Source: Macrostomum lignano (lineage: Eukaryota). Taken from it: a stretch of DNA of 64,000 nucleotides. Under the pieces are notes generated by a model. The model had not been told where the DNA came from. It searched no databases and was given only the letters and a program-made list of their open reading frames with translations. Of the stretch, positions 1-11,057 are shown in pieces (positions within the stretch are counted from its first letter, which is position 1; the number at the start of each line of letters is the position of its first letter). The translations under genes and the position numbers were made by a program. Where the stretch lies: NCBI GenBank assembly GCA_002269645.1, contig NIVC01003582.1, forward strand, positions 1 through 64,000, given 5' to 3'.

Positions 1-186
1 TATTACTTCCTGTGCATGCGAGTTGGTACGAGTACCATAAGCATTGCTTTCACAGATTGGGCCTACACTGCGGCTTTAAGCGTGAATCCAGACTGAGCAT
101 AGTCCTGTTATATGAAAAGACCTCCGCGATAATGCCCATGACGCCGAGACCCTTATGATATTCCAATTTAATAAACAGCTGCTTAC

Positions 187-539
187 CAAAGCCCCCAATT
201 CGAATATGACCATCCTTGCAGTCGACCAGCTCCTTTTCTTTTCGATCGCAGCATTGGCAACTACCTCTGATGTGGTAGAGTCGACCCTGAAACAGCTTCA
301 TCACGTCAATGTCAGACTCCGCGTCCGTTCTCCCGTCCGCTTTGGTCAGGCTGTTGCCCCAGCCCTCTGAGTAGCTGCCGACAATATAGATCCCTGGGAA
401 TGAGTCTCTCCTGCTTCGCAAAATTCCCTGCAATGCGTCGGCAACTGCAGCCTGCAAGGCGGCTCTGGCTTTAACAAATCCGGCTTTTGTAAGCGTCGAT
501 TGAAGCAGCAGACTGAGTTCCAATTCACTCGGCATCGAC
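187..539 (-). CDS. Mab-21/cGAS-like (cGLR-type) nucleotidyltransferase, N-terminal catalytic exon; gene continues off the left edge
   Basis: Translation contains IYIVGSYSEGW...SDIDVM, the hGS...[DE]h[DE]h signature of Mab-21/cGAS-family NTases. Acceptor ttttcttcAG lies just before 539, ATG at 535, donor G|GTAAGC after 187. A possible next exon starts at 62 (tgtAG) and is open to the edge (speculative). Confidence 0.75.
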
Positions 540-1364
540 CTGAAGAAAATATTTTATTTATTGCATTCTGACCACATTCTACTCGTAGCGTTTCCATTCC
601 CCACTTTCCGTCCCGTTCAGTCTACTAATTTTGCTATTTGATTGTCTCTTTCATTTTATAAAGTTCATTTTTTGCATTAGTTGCTTTAATGCATCGGGCA
701 TCGTTTCATTCCTAAACTATAAAAAGGACAATGACGAGGAAGACAAAATTAACCGAGCTAAAAGATGAGCGAATGCATAGAGCGAGATAGAAAGACATAA
801 TTGAGCTTTTGGAAAAATACAGATTAAAACCAGAGAGAAAAATGTCTAGAAGGAGAGAAATCATCGTACACTAAAAAGAGCACATTGTGCATAGATCACG
901 CACAAGAGGGACAGAGGTTGGAGTTCTAGAACTGGAAATGTACACTTGCAACAGCAAACAGTGCGTATTCTCGGTCAGTTGGCGAAATGATCGTGTACAA
1001 AGTAAAATTGCAAATAGAGAACTTTCTTCAACAGCCTAATGAGAATTTTTTATGTTGCTTTTAGTAGCTCCAGTGCTTCTTCCGCCCTAGTACGAGCGTA
1101 ATGCCCACGCATGCATGTTGACGGCAGCAATTACACTAAGCTGAAGCCGCGTAGCCAGCGAAACAACTAAATACTTCAACAAACCGCTTTGAGAAGCACT
1201 TCTAAATGCCATTTGGATTCGAAAATTAGGGGGCTCTATTTCATTTTATGTACAACGTCGCTCTATTTTAATATAAAAACTCAAATTCGAACTCTTACTC
1301 TGACTCTGACAAAGCCGCACGATCCTGATGAGTAAGTTGATGCTTAGCCTTTTCTGTCTCAGAC

Positions 1365-3194
1365 TCAAGAAACGGGTGATTCATATTGTGTCTGAATAGT
1401 TTGTTCCAGCAAGGCAGCAACTCGGTGATGTCCATTGACGCTTGCAATTAGAAGGGGAGTCTCACCAGTAACAGTTCTTGCTTCAACGTCAGCATGAGCT
1501 CTGACGAGGGACAACACCACGCCATAGTGACCGTTCTGCGACGCGATGTAGATTGGCGTGCAGCCTTCGGAGTCTTTGACATTGACGTCAGCTTGAGCGT
1601 CTATGAGAGAGTCAACCAGCTCATGGTAACCATTCTGTGACGCAATAAAGAGCGGATACAGCCCCGTGTCAGTTTGCAGATTAACACTTGCTTGCGCTTT
1701 TAGGAGCAAACTAAACACAGCATGACGGCCTAGTTGCGACGCAATGTAAATGGGCGAGCCGCCATTTATTTGCTGAATATCAACATCTGCTTGTGCTTTG
1801 AGAAGTGCAGCCACCACCTGGTGGAACCCTTTCTGTGAGGCAATGTACAAAGGCGACCCTCCAAGGTTGTCCTGTTGATTGATGTCAGCTTGCGCTTTGA
1901 TGAGCAGGTCAATCACTTGATGATGACCGTTGCAGGAGGCGATCAAAAGTGGGGACTCGCCAGATGCTCTCGGAGCGTCAACGTCTGCCTGTGCTTTGAT
2001 AAGCGAGGCTACCACTCTCTGGTGTCCATTCTGACACGCAATATACATTGGCGAGGCCCCAAGACATGTTTGTTGGTTGACTTCCGCTTTCGATTTAATA
2101 AGCAGCTTGACAATGTCATTGTGTCCGTTCTGCGATGCGATATAGAGAGGCGAGTCACCTTTTCTGTTTCGAAAATTTACGTCTGCGTTCGCTTTGATAA
2201 GGCAGTCCACAATTTGACGGTGACCGCGCAGAGAAGCAACGAAAAGAGGTGACTCGCCCGATTTGGTATGGCAATTGACGTCGGCTCCGGCTTGGATGAG
2301 TTGGCTCACCGTTTCAAGCCCGGGATTGAAAGATGCAGCGTAAATAGGCGTCTCGCCCATTGTCGTTCCCAAATTCACATCGGCCATTGCTCCAATCAGC
2401 AGTTGCATAGTTTGACGGTGGCCATTCTGAGAGGCCAAATATAGTGGCGATTCACCAGTACTCAGCTGAAGGTCAACTTCAGCTTGCGCTTTAATGAGTA
2501 GGGTCATTATTTCTCTGCGATCAAAGTACGAGGCGATAGATAGAGGTGTTGCCCCAGTGTTGGCTTGCAAGTTGACGTCTGCCTGCGCTTGCAGCAGCAA
2601 CCGCGCTACTTTCAAGTGGCCATTCTGAACAGCGCTGTACAGTGGTGTGGCGCCTTCGTTAATCTGACAGTCAACATTGACGTCCTGCTTGAGGAGCAAT
2701 TCAACAACCCGGTGGTGACCTTTTTGCGACGCGATGTACAGCGGTGTCGCGCCATTTTTTATTGCGTGATTGACATCGGCTTTGGCGCTGATCAGCGATT
2801 TCACTGCCTTGTAATGATTAGCCTGAGCTGCAATGTAGAGCGCTGATGTGCCGGAATTTGTTACCAGATTTACGTCTGCTCTCGCTTCTACTAAAAGATC
2901 AACGACTTGATGATGGCCCTGCATCGATGCCAGGTAGACTGGAGTTCGTCCGTCCTGATCCTGATAATTGACGTCGGCTTTCGATGCGATTAGCAGCTCA
3001 GTAACAGCCGTCTGTCCAGTGATGCAGGCAGCCTGCAGTGGCGAGAACGGGACACCGGATGCTGATATGAGCAGCTTGTCGGCCGTCATTCCTCTTGTCA
3101 AGAGATTCTCCACGAATGCCTTGTCTCCCTGTGCAATGGCAAGAATAATTTTCCGATCTGCTGGGAGATCCGAGCCACTTCCAGATGCCTGCAT
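1365..3194 (-). CDS. Ankyrin-repeat protein, about 17 canonical repeats plus a degenerate N-cap, intronless; possibly the N-terminal half of an ANK-cGLR fusion
   Basis: Regular 33-aa repeats G-x-[TS]PLY[IL]ASQxGHxxVVxxL[IL]xAxADVN. First ATG at 3194 (the ORF track starts at a TTG at 3221). Tandem AG acceptors at 3225-3229. Confidence 0.9.
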   Translation of the reverse strand: MQASGSGSDLPADRKIILAIAQGDKAFVENLLTRGMTADKLLISASGVPFSPLQAACITGQTAVTELLIASKADVNYQDQDGRTPVYLASMQGHHQVVDLLVEARADVNLVTNSGTSALYIAAQANHYKAVKSLISAKADVNHAIKNGATPLYIASQKGHHRVVELLLKQDVNVDCQINEGATPLYSAVQNGHLKVARLLLQAQADVNLQANTGATPLSIASYFDRREIMTLLIKAQAEVDLQLSTGESPLYLASQNGHRQTMQLLIGAMADVNLGTTMGETPIYAASFNPGLETVSQLIQAGADVNCHTKSGESPLFVASLRGHRQIVDCLIKANADVNFRNRKGDSPLYIASQNGHNDIVKLLIKSKAEVNQQTCLGASPMYIACQNGHQRVVASLIKAQADVDAPRASGESPLLIASCNGHHQVIDLLIKAQADINQQDNLGGSPLYIASQKGFHQVVAALLKAQADVDIQQINGGSPIYIASQLGRHAVFSLLLKAQASVNLQTDTGLYPLFIASQNGYHELVDSLIDAQADVNVKDSEGCTPIYIASQNGHYGVVLSLVRAHADVEARTVTGETPLLIASVNGHHRVAALLEQTIQTQYESPVS

Positions 3195-3823
3195 TCTTTG
3201 GTTTTCAATCTTCTTTCGCAATGTCTACTAAGACGGCAGTAAAAGTTAAGGCAAAATTTGCTTAAAAAGGAAAGCTATTTCTGGTTAATAATTTTTTCTT
3301 TGAAGCAGCAAAATTTGGGCTTTTATTAAAGCTTGAAATGTACAGCGTTATTGTACGTATTGGACGTACATACAGAATGTACAGAATTAGTGTATTTCAC
3401 AAATATCCAGGCTATGCTACTGTCAGTAGAAAAGAATATTTTATTTTTTATTGTATACGTCTTGGCTTTCAATAACCCAAATGATGAACGGAATCTAATT
3501 TCGAATATTTTTTTACTCGAAGCAGAACCGAAATTCCCACTGCTCAATATCTGGCTAATGTTTCCTTAAAATTCTTTTTATTATTGTGTTGATCAATGTG
3601 TTTATTAATTTTTTACAGGGAAATTTCAGTGTTGCTTCAAATATGAATAGCGAGCCTGTTCTGGATTAAGAGTTCGAAAGGATACGACTCAGGTCTAACT
3701 CATAGCATACATGATGAAGCAACTTTATAAGTAAAGGGCCAATGAATATCAGTGAATATGATACAATGAGTTAGGAATGATTAAAAATAAGTTTAGAGCA
3801 TGTAATGTGAGCTTAAGCAACCG

Positions 3824-6800
3824 TCAATAAGTTGCATTCCTCCTGGCCCAGTCCGGAAAACCGTTGATGCCGAAAATTGCCGGCGCATAGCAGAGAGAGG
3901 CCCCGGCCGCCAAAGCGTTCGAGAGCAGCCACATGATGCAGCCGGTGCGAAGCTGCAACGAATAAATTCACGATTGTTTTACCTTGCCATAGTTAATATA
4001 TGGATGCTTTCAATGCAACAGAGACGCAGTGTTATCCAAAGCCTTACCATATCCCACGGCCGCAGGTAGCCCTCGAATAGACCAGTATGTTTGCTGGTGT
4101 CGAGATCGGCAAAATGAATGCAAAAGAGCTGGAAGCGGCGCTAGACAGCATGAGCTGGAACGGGTGTCGCTGCAGTCGCTCGCTCTAAAACATTTCGGTG
4201 ACTGAATGTCACTGAAAGTCACTGAAAGTCACTGAATGTCACTGAATGTCACTGAATATTACTGAAAGTCACTGAAGTCACTGAAAGTCACTGAAAGTCA
4301 CTGAAAGTCACTGAAAGTCACTGAAAGTCACTGAAAGTCACTGAAAGTCACTGAAAGTCACTGAAAGTCACTGAAAGTCACTGAAAGTCACTGAAAGTCA
4401 CTGAAAGTCACTGAAAGTCACTGAAAGTCACTGAAAGTCACTGAAAGTCACTGAAAGTCACTGAAAGTCACTGAAAGTCACTGAATGTCACTGAATGTCA
4501 TTGAGTGTCATTTAATGTCACTGAATGTCACTGAATGTCACTGAATATTACTGAAAGTCACTGAAAGTCACTGAATGTGGTTGATTATTGATAAATCGAG
4601 TTAATAGCAAAAACCGAATCTCTAGGCGGACGCGGACTCACCAGACTGGCCAAGATGGGCAGCAGGATCGTGGCAGCTGTACCGTTAGAGGTCAACTCGG
4701 TGAGCAGGGCGGAGCACCAGCAGATGATGAAGATGAGAGCCGGGGCTGGCACGGACTTCAACGCAACCAGCTGGCTGCCGATCCAGTCGGACAGGCCGGA
4801 CACCTGAGTAGTGCGGAAGATCGAGTATCGCTTGATTTGCGCATTTACTAGAGCACGGATCAGGTGAAACGCTGGGCCAAAGAAGGGGTGATTATACCAT
4901 GGGACTCAAACTTAAACTGTTTGCTTGTCGAGACATTATGAGGAGAAACATTTGCCATGTCAGTAAGTTCACAACTAGAGGCTTTACAAATGAACTCACT
5001 CTGGACAGGTCGGCCAGTGCGAAGCCGGCACCCAGCATGAGTACAATCTGCCAGGCCACCCGCTTCTGCACCAGGTCCCAGCTCAGCAGCCGACTCGGCT
5101 TGGTACGCCATTGCCGACAATCTTCTCCAGCTGCATCAGCATCGGCTTTAAATTCAAAGTCAGACTGCTGCTGACTGCAGTGCTCCACTGTCGTCTCATT
5201 GGAAACTGGTTTTCTTCTTACAGCCTTGAACAGGTTCGCGAACGGATTCCGCGAGGGTAGCAGGAAGAGCAGCAAGACGGCCAGCACGGCCGGCTGCGCG
5301 TCACTCATCAGACTGACTGGTGCTTCATCCTCAGAATCCGAGGTTGGCGCTTTCATAAACAACGACGACCAACCCGGAGCTCCAGGCTGTCGCGAGATCC
5401 ACAGGATGATAGTGAGGCCAAAAATAGCCAGCACGCTTGCCTCAGCGTAGCTCAGCGAACCGAGCTGCTTGTACTGCCGCTGGAGAGCTGCGCGGGTCAG
5501 TCGAGCGTCGGCGATTGCGACCGAGCCGCCGGCTTTGGCCAAGCCGCTGAAATTGCAGTGGATGCGAAGTTATAAGGAAAAACATCAAAATTACATTACC
5601 AACAGCTAATGATAGTTGAAGTAATTATCAGCCCTGCACAAGTAGCCTAATCGAAAAAAATACATTTTTTATTTTTTTGCGCAGCTTGGGCTCCAAAATT
5701 TAAAGTAAAATTAAATGCTGCGATGTTCCTTAAGTGTCTACAAGATCAAAGAATTCCGCATTTGTAGCGACCAATAACAGGAGAGCCTTACGTCTAATCT
5801 TGCCAAAAACTCACTTTTAGTTTTGCCTGCGCTTTACACGCTTTCCTAGAAGAAAACCTAAAATTCCTTGGGTTCTGGACACGTTTTTAAACTATTTTGG
5901 TATTAATTTTTTGAATGGTTTTTCTATGCAAAACCTATGATTAAGGTTGCTTGCTATAGTTTCAAAATTTTTCCCAATTTAAGAGATCCTACTTACAATT
6001 TCTACCCAAGATGCTAAATATCTTGTATCGACGTGTCTGATAGTATCAGATGTCTGCTTTCTCAGTACGATGATCGCTTAAACCACTTAAAAGACAGTTA
6101 GACGTTAAACGGATAAGGATGCAGAATTATATTGCTGGGAGGAGTTTGGAGTACATGTGTTGATTGTTGCTGATTATGAAGAGAGCCATGGAAGACTCGT
6201 GACTATATATTACTTTCAACTACGAGATGAATATCTTTACATCATGTCTACGTATAATCAAAGTTTGAGTCTGTATGATCCTTATGATAAAGGATTTTTG
6301 AGATTGAGTCTCACAGATTAACAATCATCATCTGGTCTGGTTCGTCTAGCTTCCAGTTTTTTTGATAACGCGTTAAAATAAATATCGGATTCCAACTGAG
6401 TGGCTATAAACTATTAATACTAGGATTTAAACCTGCTGAATTAAAATCCAGATTTAGAAGAGAAGGGTCAATTTTGATAATACGTAAGACACGTAAAAGA
6501 GGCAGAAAAGTCGTCCTTCTCTCACCGAAAGCCAAGAAAGCTGATCTGAAGCCAGACCCAGGTCAGCAAAAGGCCTACGGCGCCCAATGGCAAAGCAAAC
6601 AGCATCCAACTGCAGTAGTTGAGCCCCGTGTTGGATCCGTAGTACTCTTGAACAATCCCATTCAAGATAACGTTTGGAGCCGTTCCCGTCAGAGTGACGA
6701 CGCCACCAAAAACAGAACCGTAGGAGACGCCCAGCAGCAGCATCCGGCACGTGCTAGCAAACTCTGCGTTGCTCTCCTCAGCCAGGTATTCTTTCAAAGG

Positions 6801-7848
6801 CATCCGACGGATTATTCCATCGTTATTATCGTCATTGTCGTCTTCGATAGAGTCTTTCTTTGCATCCTCATCTTCCACATCGTCTGGTGGCAGCGGTGGG
6901 ATTTGTATTTTCACCGCTGGGCTTGACAGATCACCGTCAGGATTCTCTCCGGAGTTTTCATCAGAAACGGTGGATACGGAGGATGAAAGGACACTGGGTG
7001 CTGTTTCTGACACCACCGACTCTTTGCGACGTTTTTGCCGCATATGCTGACACCGCAGCTCGGATAGCACAGCTTCCACAATAGGCAGCATCATAGCTAC
7101 CGTGGCTGTGTTCGAGATCCACATCGAAAGAACCCAGGCCGGAGCAAGCAGTCCGAAGAGGAGCCTGAAATATGCGAATTATGCTCAAGCTTGTTCAAAA
7201 CAGCTATGTTTTAAAATACATCCCTTTATCACATACGAGCAAGTACTGTAGGTGCTTACCACCTGGGCTGGAGGCCGCAGAGTAAAATAACTTTCAAGGC
7301 AATCCTCTTGTGCAAATCCCAGGCCTCGATGGATACAGCCATAATTAAACCGCCGAGAAAAAGCATATTCGAGTCCTGCAAAATGTGTGCACAAGTTGCT
7401 CTTCAATGGGTACCTTGGATTACCTTAAACTCTTGAAGTTGAATAATGTGTTATTTAAACAAAAACTTACCTTGAAGTAGCTGGGACATATTTCACTACT
7501 GGACATAATGCCGAGCAGAGGTGACAGCACCACAGGCAGCAAGGCGGTCACTCCTAGAGGGACCACTTCAAAGTTCCAGTAGAATGACATTAGTAGAATG
7601 ATGTAGGCTGCCTTGGATACCTGTTGGATAAACAGGTTGATAGCAATTTAAAGCATACCGCAGCACAACCCAATCGGTCTAAAGCTTGATCCACTTACCA
7701 GACTGTCAAAGCAAAGAAGCAACGGAAGCAAAGCCAGCGGCACAAGGATCAGCACCACAGTCGCCCGATGCTTCAGCAACAGCTTGCCAAATCCTCGGAG
7801 CAGTTCGACAACTCTGAGGAAAACTGCGATTGCTTGCGAGCTATTCAT
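3824..7848 (-). CDS. SLC13-family Na+/dicarboxylate-sulfate cotransporter, 8 exons, one apparent 1-nt frameshift near 4074
   Basis: Exons 7699-7848, 7471-7620, 7260-7375, 6526-7164, 5000-5546, 4642-4803, 4048-4184, 3824-3952, all GT-AG with consistent phases. Motifs: [83 protein letters not shown]. Alternative upstream ATG at 7887. Confidence 0.9.
4197..4577. repeat. 10-bp minisatellite (GTCACTGAAA)n in SLC13 intron
   Basis: More than 30 near-perfect copies, read directly. Confidence 0.95.
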
Positions 7849-8403
7849 GATGAAGGGAGTCTGATGATAAGTTTCTTGATTGTTCATCCCACCGACTGGC
7901 TTATATTTATAGCCCAGAAATGCTGCTCAGACCCATTTCACATTAAATTCCTTGGCTACTCTATCGACTCGCCAGCTAAAAAAAGAAGAAATTAAGAGAA
8001 AGGGTAATCTCAGGACATGGTGACTGAGACTCACGCATTTGTTTTCCGGCCGACAATGACTGTGCTGCCTCATTTTCAGAAAATAAGAGAACAGTGTAGC
8101 CAAGCGGAAAATACATTAAGTTTGTATGCTTACAATGTTTGATTGAGTATAGTTTTGAAGCAATGTTTTTTTCTCATTGACTTGTGCATCCAATGCATCG
8201 AGTTACAAAGTGCAGATTGCATGTCACTTTGCGGAGTCAGTTTACACATTGAACTCCTTAAAATGCTTGATTTTCAGTTCATTTGGTTGAGAAATATTGA
8301 TTTTTCATTGCCTAACTTCACTTAGTGTCTCGGGTTTTTTTAACCTTTAATTCTTCAAGATGATTTATTCAGGCTAAATTGCAAGATATGAATGTTATTT
8401 GCC

Positions 8404-9232
8404 TCAGGTAGCAATGGAGGGTTGAATTAAAGGGTTCAGGTAGCAATGGAGGGTTGAATCAAAGGGTTCAGGTAGCAATGGAGGGTTGAATCAAAGGGTT
8501 CAGGTAGCAATGGAGGGTTGAATCAAAGGGTTCAGGTGGCAATGGAGGGTTGAATCAAAGGGTTCAGTAGGGGGGGGGGGGGCGTAGCCCAGCGGTCTAG
8601 CGCAGGCTCTGGTGTGCCAGCAACCCAGGCTCGATTCCAAGTGCAGTCACATTCATTTGGGGCTGAATTGGAATCTCAGCTTGGCTCTGCTCGTGCAATT
8701 AACGGCCTTGAGAGCCAACCCCCCAAGGCGCAGTGAAGTGTACATGCCTAACGATAATATAAAGTTAGAGCCGCTGTACACTTCTGTGTGAGTGTGTGCC
8801 TGCGTACGTATCCGCGCGCTTGTATGCCTGCTCAGGGGAGTCGGCGGAATGGGCAGTAATGCCTCTCGCCGGTTGTGTGCCTATGTCGCTTAAAGTGCGC
8901 CAGGGTGCACACAACCCCCCTGCCTCTAATAAAAAGGGTTCAGGTAACAATGGAGGGTTGAATCAAAGGGTTCAGGTAGCAATGGAGAGTTAAATCAAAG
9001 GGTTCAGATAGCAATGAAGGGTAGAATCAAAGGGTTCAGATAGCAATGGAGGGTTGAATCAAAGGGTTCAGGTAGCAATGGAGGGTTGAATCAAAGGGTT
9101 CAGATAGCAATGGAGGGTTGAATCAAAGGGTTCAGGTAGCAATGGAGGGTTGAATCAAAGGATTCAGGTGGCAATGGAGGGTTGAATCAAAGGGTTCAGG
9201 TAACAATGTAGGGCTGAATCTAAGGCTTCAGA
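8404..9232. repeat. 32-bp minisatellite (TCAGGTAGCAATGGAGGGTTGAATCAAAGGGT)n, split by a SINE
   Basis: Copies at 8404-8566 and about 8932-9232; period 32 (8404 to 8436). Confidence 0.9.
8570..8932 (+). mobile_element. tRNA-derived SINE inserted in the 32-bp array
   Basis: Starts GGGGGCGTAGCCCAGCGGTCTAGCG (Pol III A-box like), then GGCTCGATTCC (B-box like), a unique body of about 300 bp and an AATAAAA tail before the array resumes. Confidence 0.65.
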
Positions 9233-9684
9233 TAGCAGTCATAGGTATCATTATGAGCAAATGAATTTATGGGAAAGAGCAGATAAGTATCACTTTATTT
9301 TTCGTTGTAATGCACGTTAGATGAGATAGAAAATAAGTTATACTCAAGCGAATTAGTCAGTGCACCAACGGACGCTATGATATTTAAATTATACCGAATG
9401 CATAGAGCAGAAATGGGCCAGCTGTTTGAGTACAATAGGAACTCCACGAATTCCTACTGTATGAGTCATGCCTTACTGAATACATCCTTCTTGTGAAAGT
9501 AATAAAGTATGCTTGAAGCTTAAACCTATGTGAAAATTCACAAATTTCGCCAGCTATCTTCAATGATTCCCATGCAAAACTATCTCTCAGACTTCCGTCT
9601 GCTTCATTAATATTGAATTTATCTTCGGCAATGACTTCTTTAGACTCAGCTGTCAGTTACCGGTGGCGCTATCAGATGTTGTAA

Positions 9685-10510
9685 CCGTAGACACTGTAGA
9701 CACTGTAGACACTGTAGACACTGCAAACACTGTAGACACTGTAGACACTGTAGACACTGTAGACACTGTAGACACTGTAGACACTGTAGACACTGTAGAC
9801 ACTGTAGACACTGTAGACACTGTAGACACTGTAGACACTGTAGACACTGTAGACGCTGTAGACGCTGTAGACACTGTAGACACTGTAAACACTGTAGACA
9901 CTGTAGACACTGTAGACACTGTAGACGCTGTAGACACTGTAGACGCTGTAGACACTTTAGACACTGTAGACACTGTAGACACTGTAGACACTGTAGACAC
10001 TGTAGACACTGTAGACACTGTAGACACTGTAGACACTGTAGACACTGTAGACACTGTAGACACTGTAAACACTGTAGACACTGTAGACACTGTAGACGCT
10101 GTAGACACTGTAGACGCTGTAGACACTTTAGACACTGTAGACACTGTAGACACTGTAGACACTGTAGACACTGTAGACACTGTAGACACTGTAGACACTG
10201 TAGACACTGTAGACACTGTAGACACTGTAGACGCTGTAGACACTGTAGACACTGTAGACACACTGTAGACACTGTAGACACTGTAGACACTGTAGACACT
10301 GTAGACACTGTAGACACTGTAGACACTGTAGACACTGTAGACACTGTAGATGCTGTAGACACTGTAGACACTGTAGACACTGTAGACACTGTAGACACTG
10401 TAGACACTGTAGACACTGTAGACGCTCTAGACGCTCTAGACGCTGTAGACACTGTAGACACTGTAGACACTGTAGACGCTGTAGATACTTTAGATACTAA
10501 AGACACTGTA
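9685..10510. repeat. 9-bp minisatellite (ACTGTAGAC)n, about 90 copies
   Basis: Read directly. It explains the TVD, STV and LQC pseudo-ORFs. Confidence 0.95.
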
Positions 10511-10517
10511 GAAGCAT

Positions 10518-11057
10518 TCAGAAGGCAGAAAAATAGGATGTCGCAGAAGCTGTTTGTGCGGTGCATTGCCCTGCGTCGCCAGTCTCCGAGTTCACGAAGC
10601 CCCTTCCCTGTAGTCGCTGCTGCCCTCCTGACCGTCCGCGCTGATTTCGGCGCGCCTGCTGCTGAGAGTGAGAAAGCTGCGACCCTTGCTGCGGCTGCTG
10701 ATGCGAGTCCAGCTGCTGCTGCTGCCCGCGCCGGTTGAAGCCACGCATGGCCAGCGAGATGCCGCCCGCCTTGCTGCCCATGCCGCTTGAACTGGAGGGC
10801 CAGGCCGCTGCCACGGCCGCCGAGCCGCCGCCGCTGCCCCCGGCTCCGCCGCCTCCTCCAGGACGCCCGGCCCGGCCCTGTCGACGCCGGATCCGATAGC
10901 GAGCGAACGAGGCGATGAGGAAGGCGATGAACGCCACCCCGATGGCGATGTGGGCGAGCCACACCGGAGGCACGAAGGTGACCGGACCAACCTTGGCCGC
11001 TGGATCGGCCGTGGCCGGAACCGAAGTGCCCTCGAGAGATTCGCCGGCTGGATGCAT
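10518..11057 (-). CDS. Uncharacterised small single-pass membrane protein (about 179 aa) with a Gly/Gln-rich cytoplasmic tail
   Basis: GC-rich ORF from ATG 11057. One hydrophobic helix [21 protein letters not shown] followed by RYRIRRR (positive-inside). No family recognised. Confidence 0.55.
   Translation of the reverse strand: MHPAGESLEGTSVPATADPAAKVGPVTFVPPVWLAHIAIGVAFIAFLIASFARYRIRRRQGRAGRPGGGGGAGGSGGGSAAVAAAWPSSSSGMGSKAGGISLAMRGFNRRGQQQQLDSHQQPQQGSQLSHSQQQARRNQRGRSGGQQRLQGRGFVNSETGDAGQCTAQTASATSYFSAF

Noticed and set aside
1875-3231. Plus-strand ORFs over the ankyrin gene (and similar antisense ORFs over SLC13, nAChR, ENaC and Src)
   Set aside because: Antisense shadows of GC-rich coding sequence.
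8578-8650. tRNA gene
   Set aside because: A-box and B-box-like motifs are present, but I cannot form a full cloverleaf and the sequence continues into a SINE-like body and tail.
9646-10268. Long ORFs of TVD, STV or LQC repeats
   Set aside because: Translations of a 9-bp minisatellite that is stop-free in several frames on both strands; no unique coding context.
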